Positions 1-11,259 of a DNA stretch of 64,000 nt are shown piece by piece; within the stretch, counting starts at the first letter, position 1, and each line of letters starts with the position of its first letter. A program made the position numbers and the translations under genes. The notes under the pieces are model-generated. The model was not told where the DNA came from. It saw only the letters and a list, made by a program, of their open reading frames with translations, and ran no database searches. The stretch is from Bilabrum cf. latius (taxonomy: Eukaryota), in contig OZ237765.1 of assembly GCA_965178125.1 (NCBI GenBank), forward strand, positions 1 to 64,000. Direction: 5' to 3'.

Positions 1-1454
1 CCCTAACCCTAACCCTAACCCTAACCCTAACCCTAACCCTAACCCTAACCCTAACCCTAACCCTAACCCTAACCCTAACCCTAACCCTAACCCTAACCCT
101 AACCCTAACCCTAACCCTAACCCTAACCCTAACCCTAACCCTAACCCTAACCCTAACCCTAACCCTAACCCTAACCCTAACCCTAACCCTAACCCTAACC
201 CTAACCCTAACCCTAACCCTAACCCTAACCCTAACCCTAACCCTAACCCTAACCCTAACCCTAACCCTAACCCTAACCCTAACCCTAACCCTAACCCTAA
301 CCCTAACCCTAACCCTAACCCTAACCCTAACCCTAACCCTAACCCTAACCCTAACCCTAACCCTAACCCTAACCCTAACCCTAACCCTAACCCTAACCCT
401 AACCCTAACCCTAACCCTAACCCTAACCCTAACCCTAACCCTAACCCTAACCCTAACCCTAACCCTAACCCTAACCCTAACCCTAACCCTAACCCTAACC
501 CTAACCCTAACCCTAACCCTAACCCTAACCCTAACCCTAACCCTAACCCTAACCCTAACCCTAACCCTAACCCTAACCCTAACCCTAACCCTAACCCTAA
601 CCCTAACCCTAACCCTAACCCTAACCCTAACCCTAACCCTAACCCTAACCCTAACCCTAACCCTAACCCTAACCCTAACCCTAACCCTAACCCTAACCCT
701 AACCCTAACCCTAACCCTAACCCTAACCCTAACCCTAACCCTAACCCTAACCCTAACCCTAACCCTAACCCTAACCCTAACCCTAACCCTAACCCTAACC
801 CTAACCCTAACCCTAACCCTAACCCTAACCCTAACCCTAACCCTAACCCTAACCCTAACCCTAACCCTAACCCTAACCCTAACCCTAACCCTAACCCTAA
901 CCCTAACCCTAACCCTAACCCTAACCCTAACCCTAACCCTAACCCTAACCCTAACCCTAACCCTAACCCTAACCCTAACCCTAACCCTAACCCTAACCCT
1001 AACCCTAACCCTAACCCTAACCCTAACCCTAACCCTAACCCTAACCCTAACCCTAACCCTAACCCTAACCCTAACCCTAACCCTAACCCTAACCCTAACC
1101 CTAACCCTAACCCTAACCCTAACCCTAACCCTAACCCTAACCCTAACCCTAACCCTAACCCTAACCCTAACCCTAACCCTAACCCTAACCCTAACCCTAA
1201 CCCTAACCCTAACCCTAACCCTAACCCTAACCCTAACCCTAACCCTAACCCTAACCCTAACCCTAACCCTAACCCTAACCCTAACCCTAACCCTAACCCT
1301 AACCCTAACCCTAACCCTAACCCTAACCCTAACCCTAACCCTAACCCTAACCCTAACCCTAACCCTAACCCTAACCCTAACCCTAACCCTAACCCTAACC
1401 CTAACCCTAACCCTAACCCTAACCTAACCCTAAAACCCTAAGCTAAACCCTAAA
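1..1454. repeat. Telomere (CCCTAA)n / (TTAGGG)n, chromosome left end
   Basis: Perfect CCCTAA hexamers over 1-1422 (237 copies), then degenerate units (cctaa, ccctaaaa, ccctaag, ccctaaa) to 1454. Confidence 0.99.
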
Positions 1455-1790
1455 GGGCAAGCGGGTTGGCAGAGCGGGCGATGGATGGGGCCATGGTGGC
1501 TGTGCCGGGGCAAACCGGTTGGGAGAGCGGGCGATGGATGGGGCCATGATGGCTGTGCCGGGGCAAGCGGGTTGGGAGAGCGGGCGATGGATGGGGCCAT
1601 GGTGGCTGTGCCGGGGCAAGCGGGTTGGCAGAGCGGGCGATGGATGGGGCCATGGTGGCTCTGCCGGGGCAAGCGGGTTGGGAGAGCGGGCGATGGATGG
1701 GGGCCATGGTGGCTGTGCCGGGGCAAGCGGGTTGTATAGCGGGCGATGGATGGGGGCCATGATGGCTGTGCCGGGGCAAGCGGGTTGGGT
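1455..1790. repeat. Subtelomeric tandem repeat, 53-bp unit, about 6.3 copies
   Basis: Unit gggcaagcgggttggcagagcgggcgatggatggggccatggtggctgtgccg recurs at 1455, 1508, 1561, 1614, 1667, ~1721 and partially at ~1774. Confidence 0.95.
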
Positions 1791-1869
1791 CAGGTGTCCG
1801 GTGATGCAAGATCGCTCGTCACTCGAGCACTATCTTCCAGCGGTCTTGAAACACAAGAAAGGCAGGAAC

Positions 1870-3075
1870 ATGAGGGCAGTGTCCGTTCTTAGCATAATTG
1901 CTATGGGATCTTGTTATTATGCGTTTGGATGCCAAAATATCCTAGATTGCTCGCTGAATGGCGATTGTTCGGCTGGAGTATGCAAGTGTGATCCCGCGTG
2001 GACTGGAAAAGCATGCGCCCAGCTTGACGTTGCCCCTGCAAGTACCACCCCTGCTCTCTATAGAGCTACCAATGCTACATGGGGCCTGTCAGTTGTTCAG
2101 GACCCCAACGAGTCTGGTGTGTTCCATGGTTACGTCGCAGCATTCGCAGGGGAGTGTGGCCTGGATTCGTGGATACATACAAGCCTGATCTGGCATGCCG
2201 TGGCTCTGTCACCCACAGGACCATTTATGAACGAAACAGTGGTAGAGGCTGCTGGGGACACATCTCCTGTGTTCCGGCACAATCCGACAGCCGTGTGGCA
2301 CAACCCAAGCAGCAAGATCGTTCTTACACACATTGGGTGTGGGAACCAATCCACCCCTCCACAGTACAGCAACTGTACTGGAGGACAGACTCCGTCTGAC
2401 TTGGCTGGTTCTGTCAGACCGCCTCGTCCTGGCACGGCCAACCGTTGCAACGGCTTCAACACGAACGCGATGGCGGCCAGCTCGCCGGGTGGACCATGGT
2501 CTGAGGACGTGAATCTGGTAGCAGCAGGGGGCACCCCCTGGCCCAACTCAATGGACAACCCGGCACCCCTTGTGCTCGCCAACGGGACAGTCTTGTCCAT
2601 GTTCAGGTCGTATAACCATACGCACGGCCCCACGCACAGCGTGATCGGCATCGCTCGCGGCCAGTCCAGCGAGTGGGATGGGCCCTACTCGAAGCCCTCC
2701 CACCCGATACTAGGGTCTGGGCCAGAGGGCTCTGCGCCCTACGCGCAGCTGGAGGACCCGTTTTTCTGGCAGGATGCGCGCGGATACAAGGCCCTGTTCC
2801 ACAGCATGGGAGGATGCACGGACGTGGGGTGCTTCGCGTTCAGCGAGGACTCCTACCACTGGCACATGACCGGGTCTGAAGTGGACGGTGTGGGGCACGC
2901 TTACTCGCGAGAGGTCCTCCTGTCCAACGGGAGCAGCATCACGTACAAGCGGAGAGAAAGGCCGCACCTCGTGTTCGTCAGGGGCGTCGAGCATCCCGTG
3001 GCGCTCACCAACGGGGTGCTGCCTGAGGATGACGGTGACCACTCGTACTCCATCGCAGTCCCGTTGCGCGCATAA
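1870..3075 (+). CDS. Secreted protein: EGF-like domain plus putative five-bladed beta-propeller glycoside hydrolase (GH43-like clan)
   Basis: Signal-like MRAVSVLSIIAMG, EGF-like CSLNGDCSAGVCKCDPAWTGKAC, and motifs HNPT, DNPAP, EDPFFW, RRERPHLVF. Single exon ending TAA, no internal TAG. Confidence 0.7.
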   Translation: MRAVSVLSIIAMGSCYYAFGCQNILDCSLNGDCSAGVCKCDPAWTGKACAQLDVAPASTTPALYRATNATWGLSVVQDPNESGVFHGYVAAFAGECGLDSWIHTSLIWHAVALSPTGPFMNETVVEAAGDTSPVFRHNPTAVWHNPSSKIVLTHIGCGNQSTPPQYSNCTGGQTPSDLAGSVRPPRPGTANRCNGFNTNAMAASSPGGPWSEDVNLVAAGGTPWPNSMDNPAPLVLANGTVLSMFRSYNHTHGPTHSVIGIARGQSSEWDGPYSKPSHPILGSGPEGSAPYAQLEDPFFWQDARGYKALFHSMGGCTDVGCFAFSEDSYHWHMTGSEVDGVGHAYSREVLLSNGSSITYKRRERPHLVFVRGVEHPVALTNGVLPEDDGDHSYSIAVPLRA

Positions 3076-3304
3076 TGACTGGGATCATGGGGAAGTCGAC
3101 TACTATGCGCCACCGCTGATCGGTTGGTTGCTTGTCAGGCTCTTGCTGCGGCCAAGCAGCACTGCAACTCCGAGTTGCGCTGCATTTGAGTTCGATTGTC
3201 CGTGCTACCTGTACAATTCGAAAACGAAATCTCTATAACTGAAATTTGTCATGGCATAAGTGTGGACTAGATCTGATCGCAGGATATCGGAGCAAATCAG
3301 AGGT

Positions 3305-5197
3305 ATGCCCCTGCGGCAACTGCCTGTTCGTGGCCAAGTCGAACTCGGGAGGCACCGTCACGGAGGAGTAGATGCAGCTCATAAGTTTGCGCTGAAAACG
3401 GACGGTAGTGGTGTGTACGTGTCATGCATGTGAGCGGTCTTGATTTGCTGCATTGAAACAGCATTAGTATTTGCTTGGGGCACAGCCAGTTGGTGTATTC
3501 TCCCGAGCTTAAGTCACCGCTATTGTTGCAGCTCTACTCAACCAAACTCGCCAATGCTAGTGGCTGGCGGATCCGATGGCCGAATGCGACTCTGCCGGCT
3601 GGATACAATGCGGCAGACCTTTGACTGTGCCGCACACGCTGGTGGTGTGCAGGATTTGCACTGGTTGTCGGCTGACTCTGGTGCAGGGGTATCTGCTGGG
3701 ACTTCAGTTTGGCTTTCAGGAGGTATGGATGGCCGCATGCGACTATGGGATGCCCGCACCTCCCGCTGCGTGCAGGACTGGCAGTGCTCTGGGCCTGTAG
3801 GCGCAGTTGCAAGCGGTGCTGGTGTGCTCGGCCCTGAGGGTTCAGCCGAGCCGCAGTGGCTCTTGGCTGCAGCCAGCGGCCCTTCTATCGGCGTGTTCGA
3901 CGCACGGAAAGCCAGCCTAAGCAGCAGCGCGCACAAAGCAGGTGCTGGCAGCGGTGCTGGAGGGGGTGTGTCTGCATGTGCTCGCCCCCTGCTGGTACTA
4001 GAGGGGGTGCACAATGAGGGGGCTGGCGGCGGGGTAGGTACTGGGGCAGGTGCATCGTGGGGTTCTGCACCGAGTGGAGCGTCAGGGATGACTGAGAAGA
4101 TGTCGATGGGGGGAGGTGCGGCCATGGCAGGGGGCGATGAAGAGGAAGACGAGGATGGTGAGGGAGACATCAACTGCCTCAGGTTCCACCGGACACCACC
4201 CACCCGTGGGGAGGCAGCTCGGGCAGAAGCGGCAGCAGCTCGTGCCACCGGTGTGCCCCCTCCCACCGCTGGGGAACAAGCCTCCAAGGAGCCCACTGTG
4301 CTGCTGCTCTCGGGGGCCGACGACCACACCGTAGCGGCCACTGACCTGAGGGCCGCGGCACGGGCCGAGGCAGAGGGAGCTGGAGGTGCTTCAGCGGGGA
4401 GTGGATGGGGTGCCAGTGATGAGGCATTGCTCCGATCGATGAGGTCGGATGCAGCCGTCACTGGCCTCGGCCTCTTTGGGCCCAGGGGCGCGTACTGCTG
4501 GGCGGTGACGGCTCAGGCCTCTCTCTCCCTGTGGTCGCTGGCCAGCGGTGCCCCCGTGGCGCACTTCGGAGATCTGCAGGCGCGCGGCAAGGCGGCAGGA
4601 GTGCCCCTGGACTCGCTCGTGTCTGTGCACTACGACGAGCGCACGCAGGCCCTTACCGCGCTGGCTTCCTCCCACAGGGGCATCGGCACCTTGCTTCGGG
4701 TGCAGCCCAAGGCGGCCTCTCCGTGGGCAGTGCTGCCCTCTGCACATGGAGACTCTGCCGCCGATGAAGCGGCTGCGGCTGGGGCAGAGGCCTTTAAGGA
4801 CGGAGGCAGGGGTGCAGGTGGGGCGGGGGCCATGGGTGGGTTGGAGCTTGAGGCGGCGGTGTCGGGGTTGGGGATGGGCATGGGTCACCGTGCGGCCATC
4901 AGGTGCGTGTCGTGGATGCATGGGGCGGGGTCCTCTGCCAGCGGGGGGGCCGGGCCCAGTGCCCCTCCCAGCCTGGTGACAGGGGGCGAGGACGGGTCCA
5001 TCGTGCTCTGGGGGCCCGGTGGGAGGGTGGGGAGGGTAGGAGCTTCAGGTGCACCGTCGGAGGCATCGGCTGGTAGGTCGGGTGGTCCGTCAGGCGGGGC
5101 GAGAAGGGCTGGTCCGGTGAGGCGAGGTGGCGGCGGGGCGGCGGCCAGGGCAGCGTCATCTGCAGCATCTGGGGCCATCACGAAGAAACGTTCTTAA
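3305..5197 (+). CDS. WD40-repeat protein, WDR89-like
   Basis: WD repeats (GGSDGRMRL, SGGMDGRMRLWD, GHRAAIRCVSW..VTGGEDGSIVLW). Inferred intron 3430-3531 (GTGAGC..TTGCAG) joins YVSC-I-STQ in frame. Ends TAA. Start codon and WDR89 orthology are inferred. Confidence 0.7.
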
Positions 5198-5367
5198 ACG
5201 CTATCTACAGTGAAATGGTTGCGCCTTTCTGATACAACAATATACACAATTGTTTGGATTCCCGATATTGCTCATTCATGTATTGTAACGTGCACATACA
5301 TATTCCACACTCGATGGCTGCGCTCCCTGAGCCAGCGAATCGGCCACACGGGTCGATAGGAGATAGT

Positions 5368-5717
5368 ATGGCTGCCAAGACTGTCATCAGAAGCGGTCCG
5401 CATTGGAGGATGGCTGGAATGAACTACTTGGAAGCCATCAACGTTGCCACGAACGCCTTGAGGCAGGTAATCAAGGAGCCGCGCAAGAGCTAGGTACTTG
5501 GCAAGAGCGCCTTCCAGTACAGGGAGTACCAGTACGTCGAGGGTGTTGAGCAGAAGCCTCGTGAGTTTATGTTTCATACTGAAGCAGTTCGATGAGTTTT
5601 TGTGCGAATATGTTCGTGACCGTCACGATCCAGACGGTTTGCCTCATGCCACCTCGTGCCAGCTTCTCGCGTTTCGCAGGCATGGTTACGGACAAGGGCA
5701 TCCAAGAATTGCAGTGA
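5368..5717 (+). CDS. ATP5F1E: Mitochondrial ATP synthase F1 subunit epsilon (one in-frame TAG)
   Basis: MAAKTVIRSGPHWRMAGMNYLEAINVATNALRQVIKEPRKS[TAG 5491]VLGKSAFQYREYQYVEGVEQKP matches the epsilon pattern WRxAGxxY..R..LKEP. Intron 5561-5679 (GTGAGT..CGCAG). Ends TGA at 5715-5717. Confidence 0.8.
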
Positions 5718-5834
5718 TTACCACCAGTACCGGTAGGATTGTGCAGCACATGCTGAACAGCCGATATACTTGAACTCTACATGAGATTCCATGAGGAAAC
5801 AGCACTCGAATAAAATCCACGCTGTTGTCAGCAT

Positions 5835-7706
5835 TCACGACATTTTCTCTTGCCCACTGCTTTTACCCTCTGTGCCACCGCCTGGGCCAACGCTACCATC
5901 GCCCGCCCCGGGAGGCGTTTCCTCCGTTTCTTCGCCAGCATCCATGGCCACAGAGGGCGTCATCGTGTCTCCAGGACCAGGGCCTGGGCCATGTATCCTA
6001 CTTGGGGCAGTGTGCCCACTCATGGTGCTACCTGCGTCGCTAATGGCCCCGGTGCCATCCCCCCGAGATCCGGCAACCGCGCTCCCTGACCTGCTCCGTC
6101 GTGGCCCCGCATCTGCACCCGCCGCTGGCGATGTGCGGATGGACGCGCCCATCGGGCCAATGCAAAACCGGAACAGATCACTCAGAGTAACCATTCCGCA
6201 CGGCTTGCCCTGCTGGTCCACGCCCACCACGCAGTAGCACCGAGTGGCGGTGAAGGTGTCCACCACGCGCCTGAGGCTGTCGGTGGGCCGGCACACGCGG
6301 AGGGCAGTCACGCCCCCGGATGCCGCCACTTGCGCTCGCCTGGTCCGCTTCACGGGGGCGTCCAGCACCGTGAGCCCTGGATCCGTGGCCAGGAAGAGCA
6401 CATCATCCCTGGACCAGAGATCCACCAGCACACGGGAGCTGGGGTCCACCAGGGGGACTGCGGCCAGCCGCCGCTGGGCCACCACCCGGAGCACGTCCAC
6501 CAGGGGCGTCTCCGTCGTGCAATGCACCACTCTATCTGCGCCCCATACGCCCACTCCCGAGTGCCCCACGGGTGTGTCCAGCCCCGCCAGCGCAGTGGTG
6601 GACTTGAACCTCTCCGCGAGGTGCTCCAGCACGGTCCCGTAGGTCAGCAGCCCGAGGGCCATGGTGCGGGAGGGGGGCGGGTACAGCATGCCCTCCCGCG
6701 CACTCATCACACCATGCCGGTGCGCCTCTGCTCCCTCGTGCTCGGCGGCGCCCTCCTGCGCCTCCCCGCTGGATCCACCAGGCCTCGCCCCTCCGGCGCG
6801 CCCCCCCCCGCGCCCCCGGCGGATCTCCCGCTGCCTCGCCAGTCGGCGGGCCAGCCCCACCGTCTCATGCTGCCGCCCCGAGGACGCGCCCAGTCCGCCC
6901 GCACGCGTGTCTGCTAGTGCACTAGATGGCCCGGCCCCGCCCGAGTCCCCAGCTGCCGATGCCGCAGCAGCTGCGAGCTCTCGCCCTGCTGCAGCTGCTA
7001 CCGCCTACACCTCGGCATCTTCGGCGTCTTCCTCCTCCTCTGCCCCAGCCGCTGCATCTGATGGAACAACTGCGACTCTATGGATACTGTTCGAAGCAAG
7101 CAGTCTAACTGCATCAAGCAGCGTCTGCTCAGGCGGTATCTGCACAAGGCCGTGTGGATAGTCCCACACCGGGAGCGGAGACCCATCCGCGGCAGCCTAT
7201 CGCATTCGAACCTCCTCGGCTTTCATTCGCTGGAATTGTTTCCAAGATGCTAACGTGTGGCGATTAAGAGCCTATGCCGCAGTGCTTGGACCACCCGCAG
7301 TGCCCCTCTTGTGGTACTCCAGCAAGATCTACGAAAAATCTGTCACGGTGACCATGCCCGCGAACTCGCCCCTAGCGCTATCCCACAATGGCGCTGCAGT
7401 AACTTCATTCTCAACCAGCGCGTAAAATGCCAGACGTAGGGGCACAGTCACGTCAAAAACAACCACTTTACTGCTTGCTGGCAATGCATCATAGCATGTC
7501 GTGGATGCCAAAAACGACGCGAAAGCTCTTCGAGCTGGAATTAGGGACCTGTCAAGGCTCCTAGTCGATGCATTTGTGGACGACTCTACGCTCGACATGC
7601 TTTGGGACGACACTGAAGCCGCAGATTGGTCGCCTCCTTGGCTTGGCAGCGTAGGCGGTACCACTGAAGGCCGCATGGCTCCATCTGTGGTACCATCTCC
7701 CTACAT
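5835..7706 (-). CDS. CBS-domain protein, AMPK/SNF1 gamma subunit-like (five in-frame TAG)
   Basis: TCYDALPASSKVVVFD..AFYALVENEVTAAPLWDS..FAGMVTVTDF is typical of AMPK gamma. One continuous frame runs to TGA at 5835 if TAG at 7701, 7329, 7272, 7197 and 7005 are sense. Alternative start at 7676. Confidence 0.85.
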
Positions 7707-8694
7707 GAGTGTAATACAGATATTAAAATACAAACAGGAGACTACCAAGCAACTAGTTTCCGAGCAGTAGCGCCGCTGGGGTTGTATACGAGAATCCAAT
7801 CCAAATAAACAGACTCATTCCTTATATTAATACGCTACATTGATCCCCGCGGACCGCGGTTGAGAAGGGAAGATCAATGCTAGAAAAATCGATCGGATCG
7901 ACGATATCGACCTGGATTCTCCCTACCTGATCGACGATTTCTGCACATTTCATATCGCGAGATATCCTCCCGGATTCCGACATATTTGATTGGATAGTTT
8001 GCATATTGAGCGAAATTTTTTTGCATATCGGGGGGTATTTTGCTTTGGAAATCGGGTCCCACGGGATGATTCTACACAGCTACCGTATGGCATATTTATA
8101 GAGGTTTTCGAGACATCTCCACCGGTTTTCCATTTTACATGTGTCAATCATGTCATATTCCTTCATATATCGGTCCTTTGCCCAAGAATACTCGAGCAGT
8201 TCGCAAAAATAGGGTGATTTCATCACTTACACGCTCATATCGGTCATCTGGAGGGCATATCAGAAAATTTCTATCACGTTCATAAGTATATCTTGAGCGT
8301 GCCATAGTGATTTCCTTGTCAATTCAAGCATCATGTCAATGTATGCCTGCCATATCGACGAGAGAAGCATCGCATGACATCCACCGAAGCAAAGGAACCT
8401 TCGTCCAAGACGCCACGGGCCTCGGCCGAGAAGCACCTCGTACTTTCGTCATTTCTCGCGATGGAATGAGGTCACAAGCTCTTTCCCTGCCTCAGTGCGT
8501 ATTGCAGTAGCTGTGATCGATTGGAAATGATACTTCACGGCTCGGCAGGGCTCAAGTAGAGCCTGCAATGACCAACATAACGCAATGAGCATCGTCCTCA
8601 GATTCGTGCAGCTCTGCTGCTTCATCACGATAACCATCCGATGGAAAAAGTGATCTACTCTCCAAGAACGACATTGGCTTTGATTTGTCAGTCA

Positions 8695-10790
8695 GGGTCG
8701 TGATGGTGGTGGATCTGTGTGGAGGGGGGTGGCAGTCGGACGAGTGTGGGCGCAATGCAGCAACGCAGCGATGCCTGTGGCATGTGCACGTGTGCTGCAC
8801 AGGGCAGGCGTGGATGGGCCGTGTTCGATTGGCAGAGAATGCGATTCAGCGCAGTGCAGTCGATCTGGCGGTCGTGGTGGTGGTGGGTCTGTGTGGAGGG
8901 TGGCGGCAGTCGGACGAGTGTGGGCGCAATGCAGCAACGCAGCGATGCCTGTGGCATGTGCACGTGTGCTGCATAGGGCAGGCATGGATTGGCCGTGTTC
9001 GATTGGCAGAGAATGCGATTCAGCGCAGTGCAGTCGATCTGGCGGTCGTGGTGGTGGTGGGTCTGTGTGGAGGGTGGCGGCAGTCGGACGAGTGTGGGCG
9101 CAATGCAGCAACGCAGCGATACCTGTGGCATGTGCACGTGTGCTGCTGTTATATGTACTCGGACATCAGGATTGAAGCAACGGGGAGCAGAGGTGAGACG
9201 GAAGACGAGGTGGGCGCAGGAGGACAGGAGGTGGAGAAGAAGAGGGGGGCACCAGCACAGGTGACGACAGTGCGGTGTCAACAGGGAGAACACAACGGGA
9301 GGAATGGGGGCTCCAGGTGCAAGGCACGAGGGAGACGCAGGTGGCAACGGACTGCATGGCCAGCAGCACGCAGAAGGCCAACAGGTGGGTGGACAGATGG
9401 GGCGCACGGCAGGTCGGCCAGGACCGGCGCGTGCAAGTTGAAAGGATAGGGCCAAGGTGGCAATGCTGGGAGCAAAGCACACGGTCCCTAGGGCGGGGAA
9501 CAGGAACAGGAAGCCATGTGGCGACGAGGCCAGTCGGGTGCATGGGGAAAGTGGTGTGTACATTCGTAGTGTCAGATGAATACCGCATTCAGGTGGACCG
9601 GTGAAGAACCAGTCGTTCGGGGTGAAGCCCAGTGGGTCCGCGGGACCGGGGGCAGGCGTGGATGGGCCGTGTTCGATTGGCAGAGAATGCGATTCAGCGC
9701 AGTGCAGTCGATCTGGCGGTCGTGGTGGTGGTGGGTCGGTGTGGAGGGTGGCGGCAGTCGGACGAGTGTGGCGCAATGCAGCAACGCAGCGATGCCTGTG
9801 GCATGTGCACGTGTGCTGCACAGGGCAGGCGTGGATGGGCCGTGTTCGATTGGCAGAGAATGCGATTCAGCGCAGTGCAGTCGATCTGGCGGTCGTGGTG
9901 GTGGTGGGTCGGTGTGGAGGGTGGCGGCAGTCGGACGAGTGTGGGCGCAATGCAGCAACGCAGCGATGCCTGTGGCATGTGCACGTGTGCTGCATAGGGC
10001 AGGCGTGGATGGGCCGTGTTCGATTGGCAGAGAATGCGATTCAGCGCAGTGCAGTCGATCTGGCGGTCGTGGTGGTGGTGGGTCGATGTGGAGGGTGGCG
10101 GCAGTCGGACGAGTGTGGCGCAATGCAGCAACGCAGCGATGCCTGTGGCATGTGCACGTGTGCTGCACAGGGCAGGCGTGGATGGGCCGTGTTCGATTGG
10201 CAGAGAATGCGATTCAGCGCAGTGCAGTCGATCTGGCGGTCGTGGTGGTGGTGGGTCTGTGTGGAGGGTGGCGGCAGTCGGACGAGTGTGGGCGCAATGC
10301 AGCAACGCAGCGATGCCTGTGGCATGTGCACGTGTGCTGCATAGGGCAGGCGTGGATGGGCCGTGTTCGATTGGCAGAGAATGCGATTCAGCGCAGTGCA
10401 GTCGATCTGGCGGTCGTGGTGGTGGTGGGTCTGTGTGGAGGGTGGCGGCAGTCGGACGAGTGTGGGCGCAATGCAGCAAAGCAGCGATGCCTGTGGCATG
10501 TGCACGTGTGCTGCACAGGGCAGGCGTGGATGGGCCGTGTTCGATTGGCAGAGAATGCGATTCAGCGCAGTGCAGTCGATCTGGCGGTCGTGGTGGTGGT
10601 GGGTCTGTGTGGAGGGTGGCGGCAGTCGGACGAGTGTGGGCGCAATGCAGCAACGCAGCGATGCCTGTGGCATGTGCACGTGTGCTGCATAGGGCAGGCA
10701 TGGATGGGCCGTGTTCGATTGGCAGAGAATGCGATTCAGCGCAGTGCAGTCGATCTGGCGGTCGTGGTGGTAGTGGGTCTGTGTGGAGGG
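8695..10790. repeat. Satellite array A, 173-174-bp unit, G-rich on + strand, about 9 copies in two blocks
   Basis: Anchor agggcagg at 8801, 8975, 9822, 9996, 10169, 10343, 10517, 10691. Interrupted by non-repeat sequence at ~9148-9650. Confidence 0.95.
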
Positions 10791-11259
10791 TCGCAGCCAG
10801 TGTATGGATTGGACGGAAGCCTCGAAGTGCGTGAGAGCCGTACGGAGTTATCGCGTGAAGTGGAGTAGAGTATCCCGGGAGTTGTGTTCGCTGGAGAGTT
10901 AATGCTGCAAGGCTAGGGATCCGGATCAGATGCTTAGTGTGGCTACATCCCACGGATGTGCGGTGGCTAAGGCTTATAGTCCTATGCTACTATTCAGGTC
11001 AAGAGCAAGCTAAATCAACCCATCTGGATAGTGCAAAGAAGATGCAGAAGATCATCTGAACAAGGTCATGCAGACATAGTGTGGGCTAAAAACCAAGATT
11101 GCATAAAACCACAAGCATAAGTCTACGATTGAAACTCAACAGGACTGCCTGGACCCAAGTTGCAACGAAAATGCAACGTCAAAGCCGGACAACGGGCACC
11201 GACTCGTCAACAAGACAGCCACGAACTTCAGCAGCAAAAAGCAAACGTATTCAACTCAA

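Noticed and set aside
1519-1869. N-terminal extension of the 518-aa ORF through the subtelomeric repeat
   Set aside because: The 53-bp unit shifts frame each copy and GC-rich DNA is open by chance. A signal peptide starts at ATG 1870.
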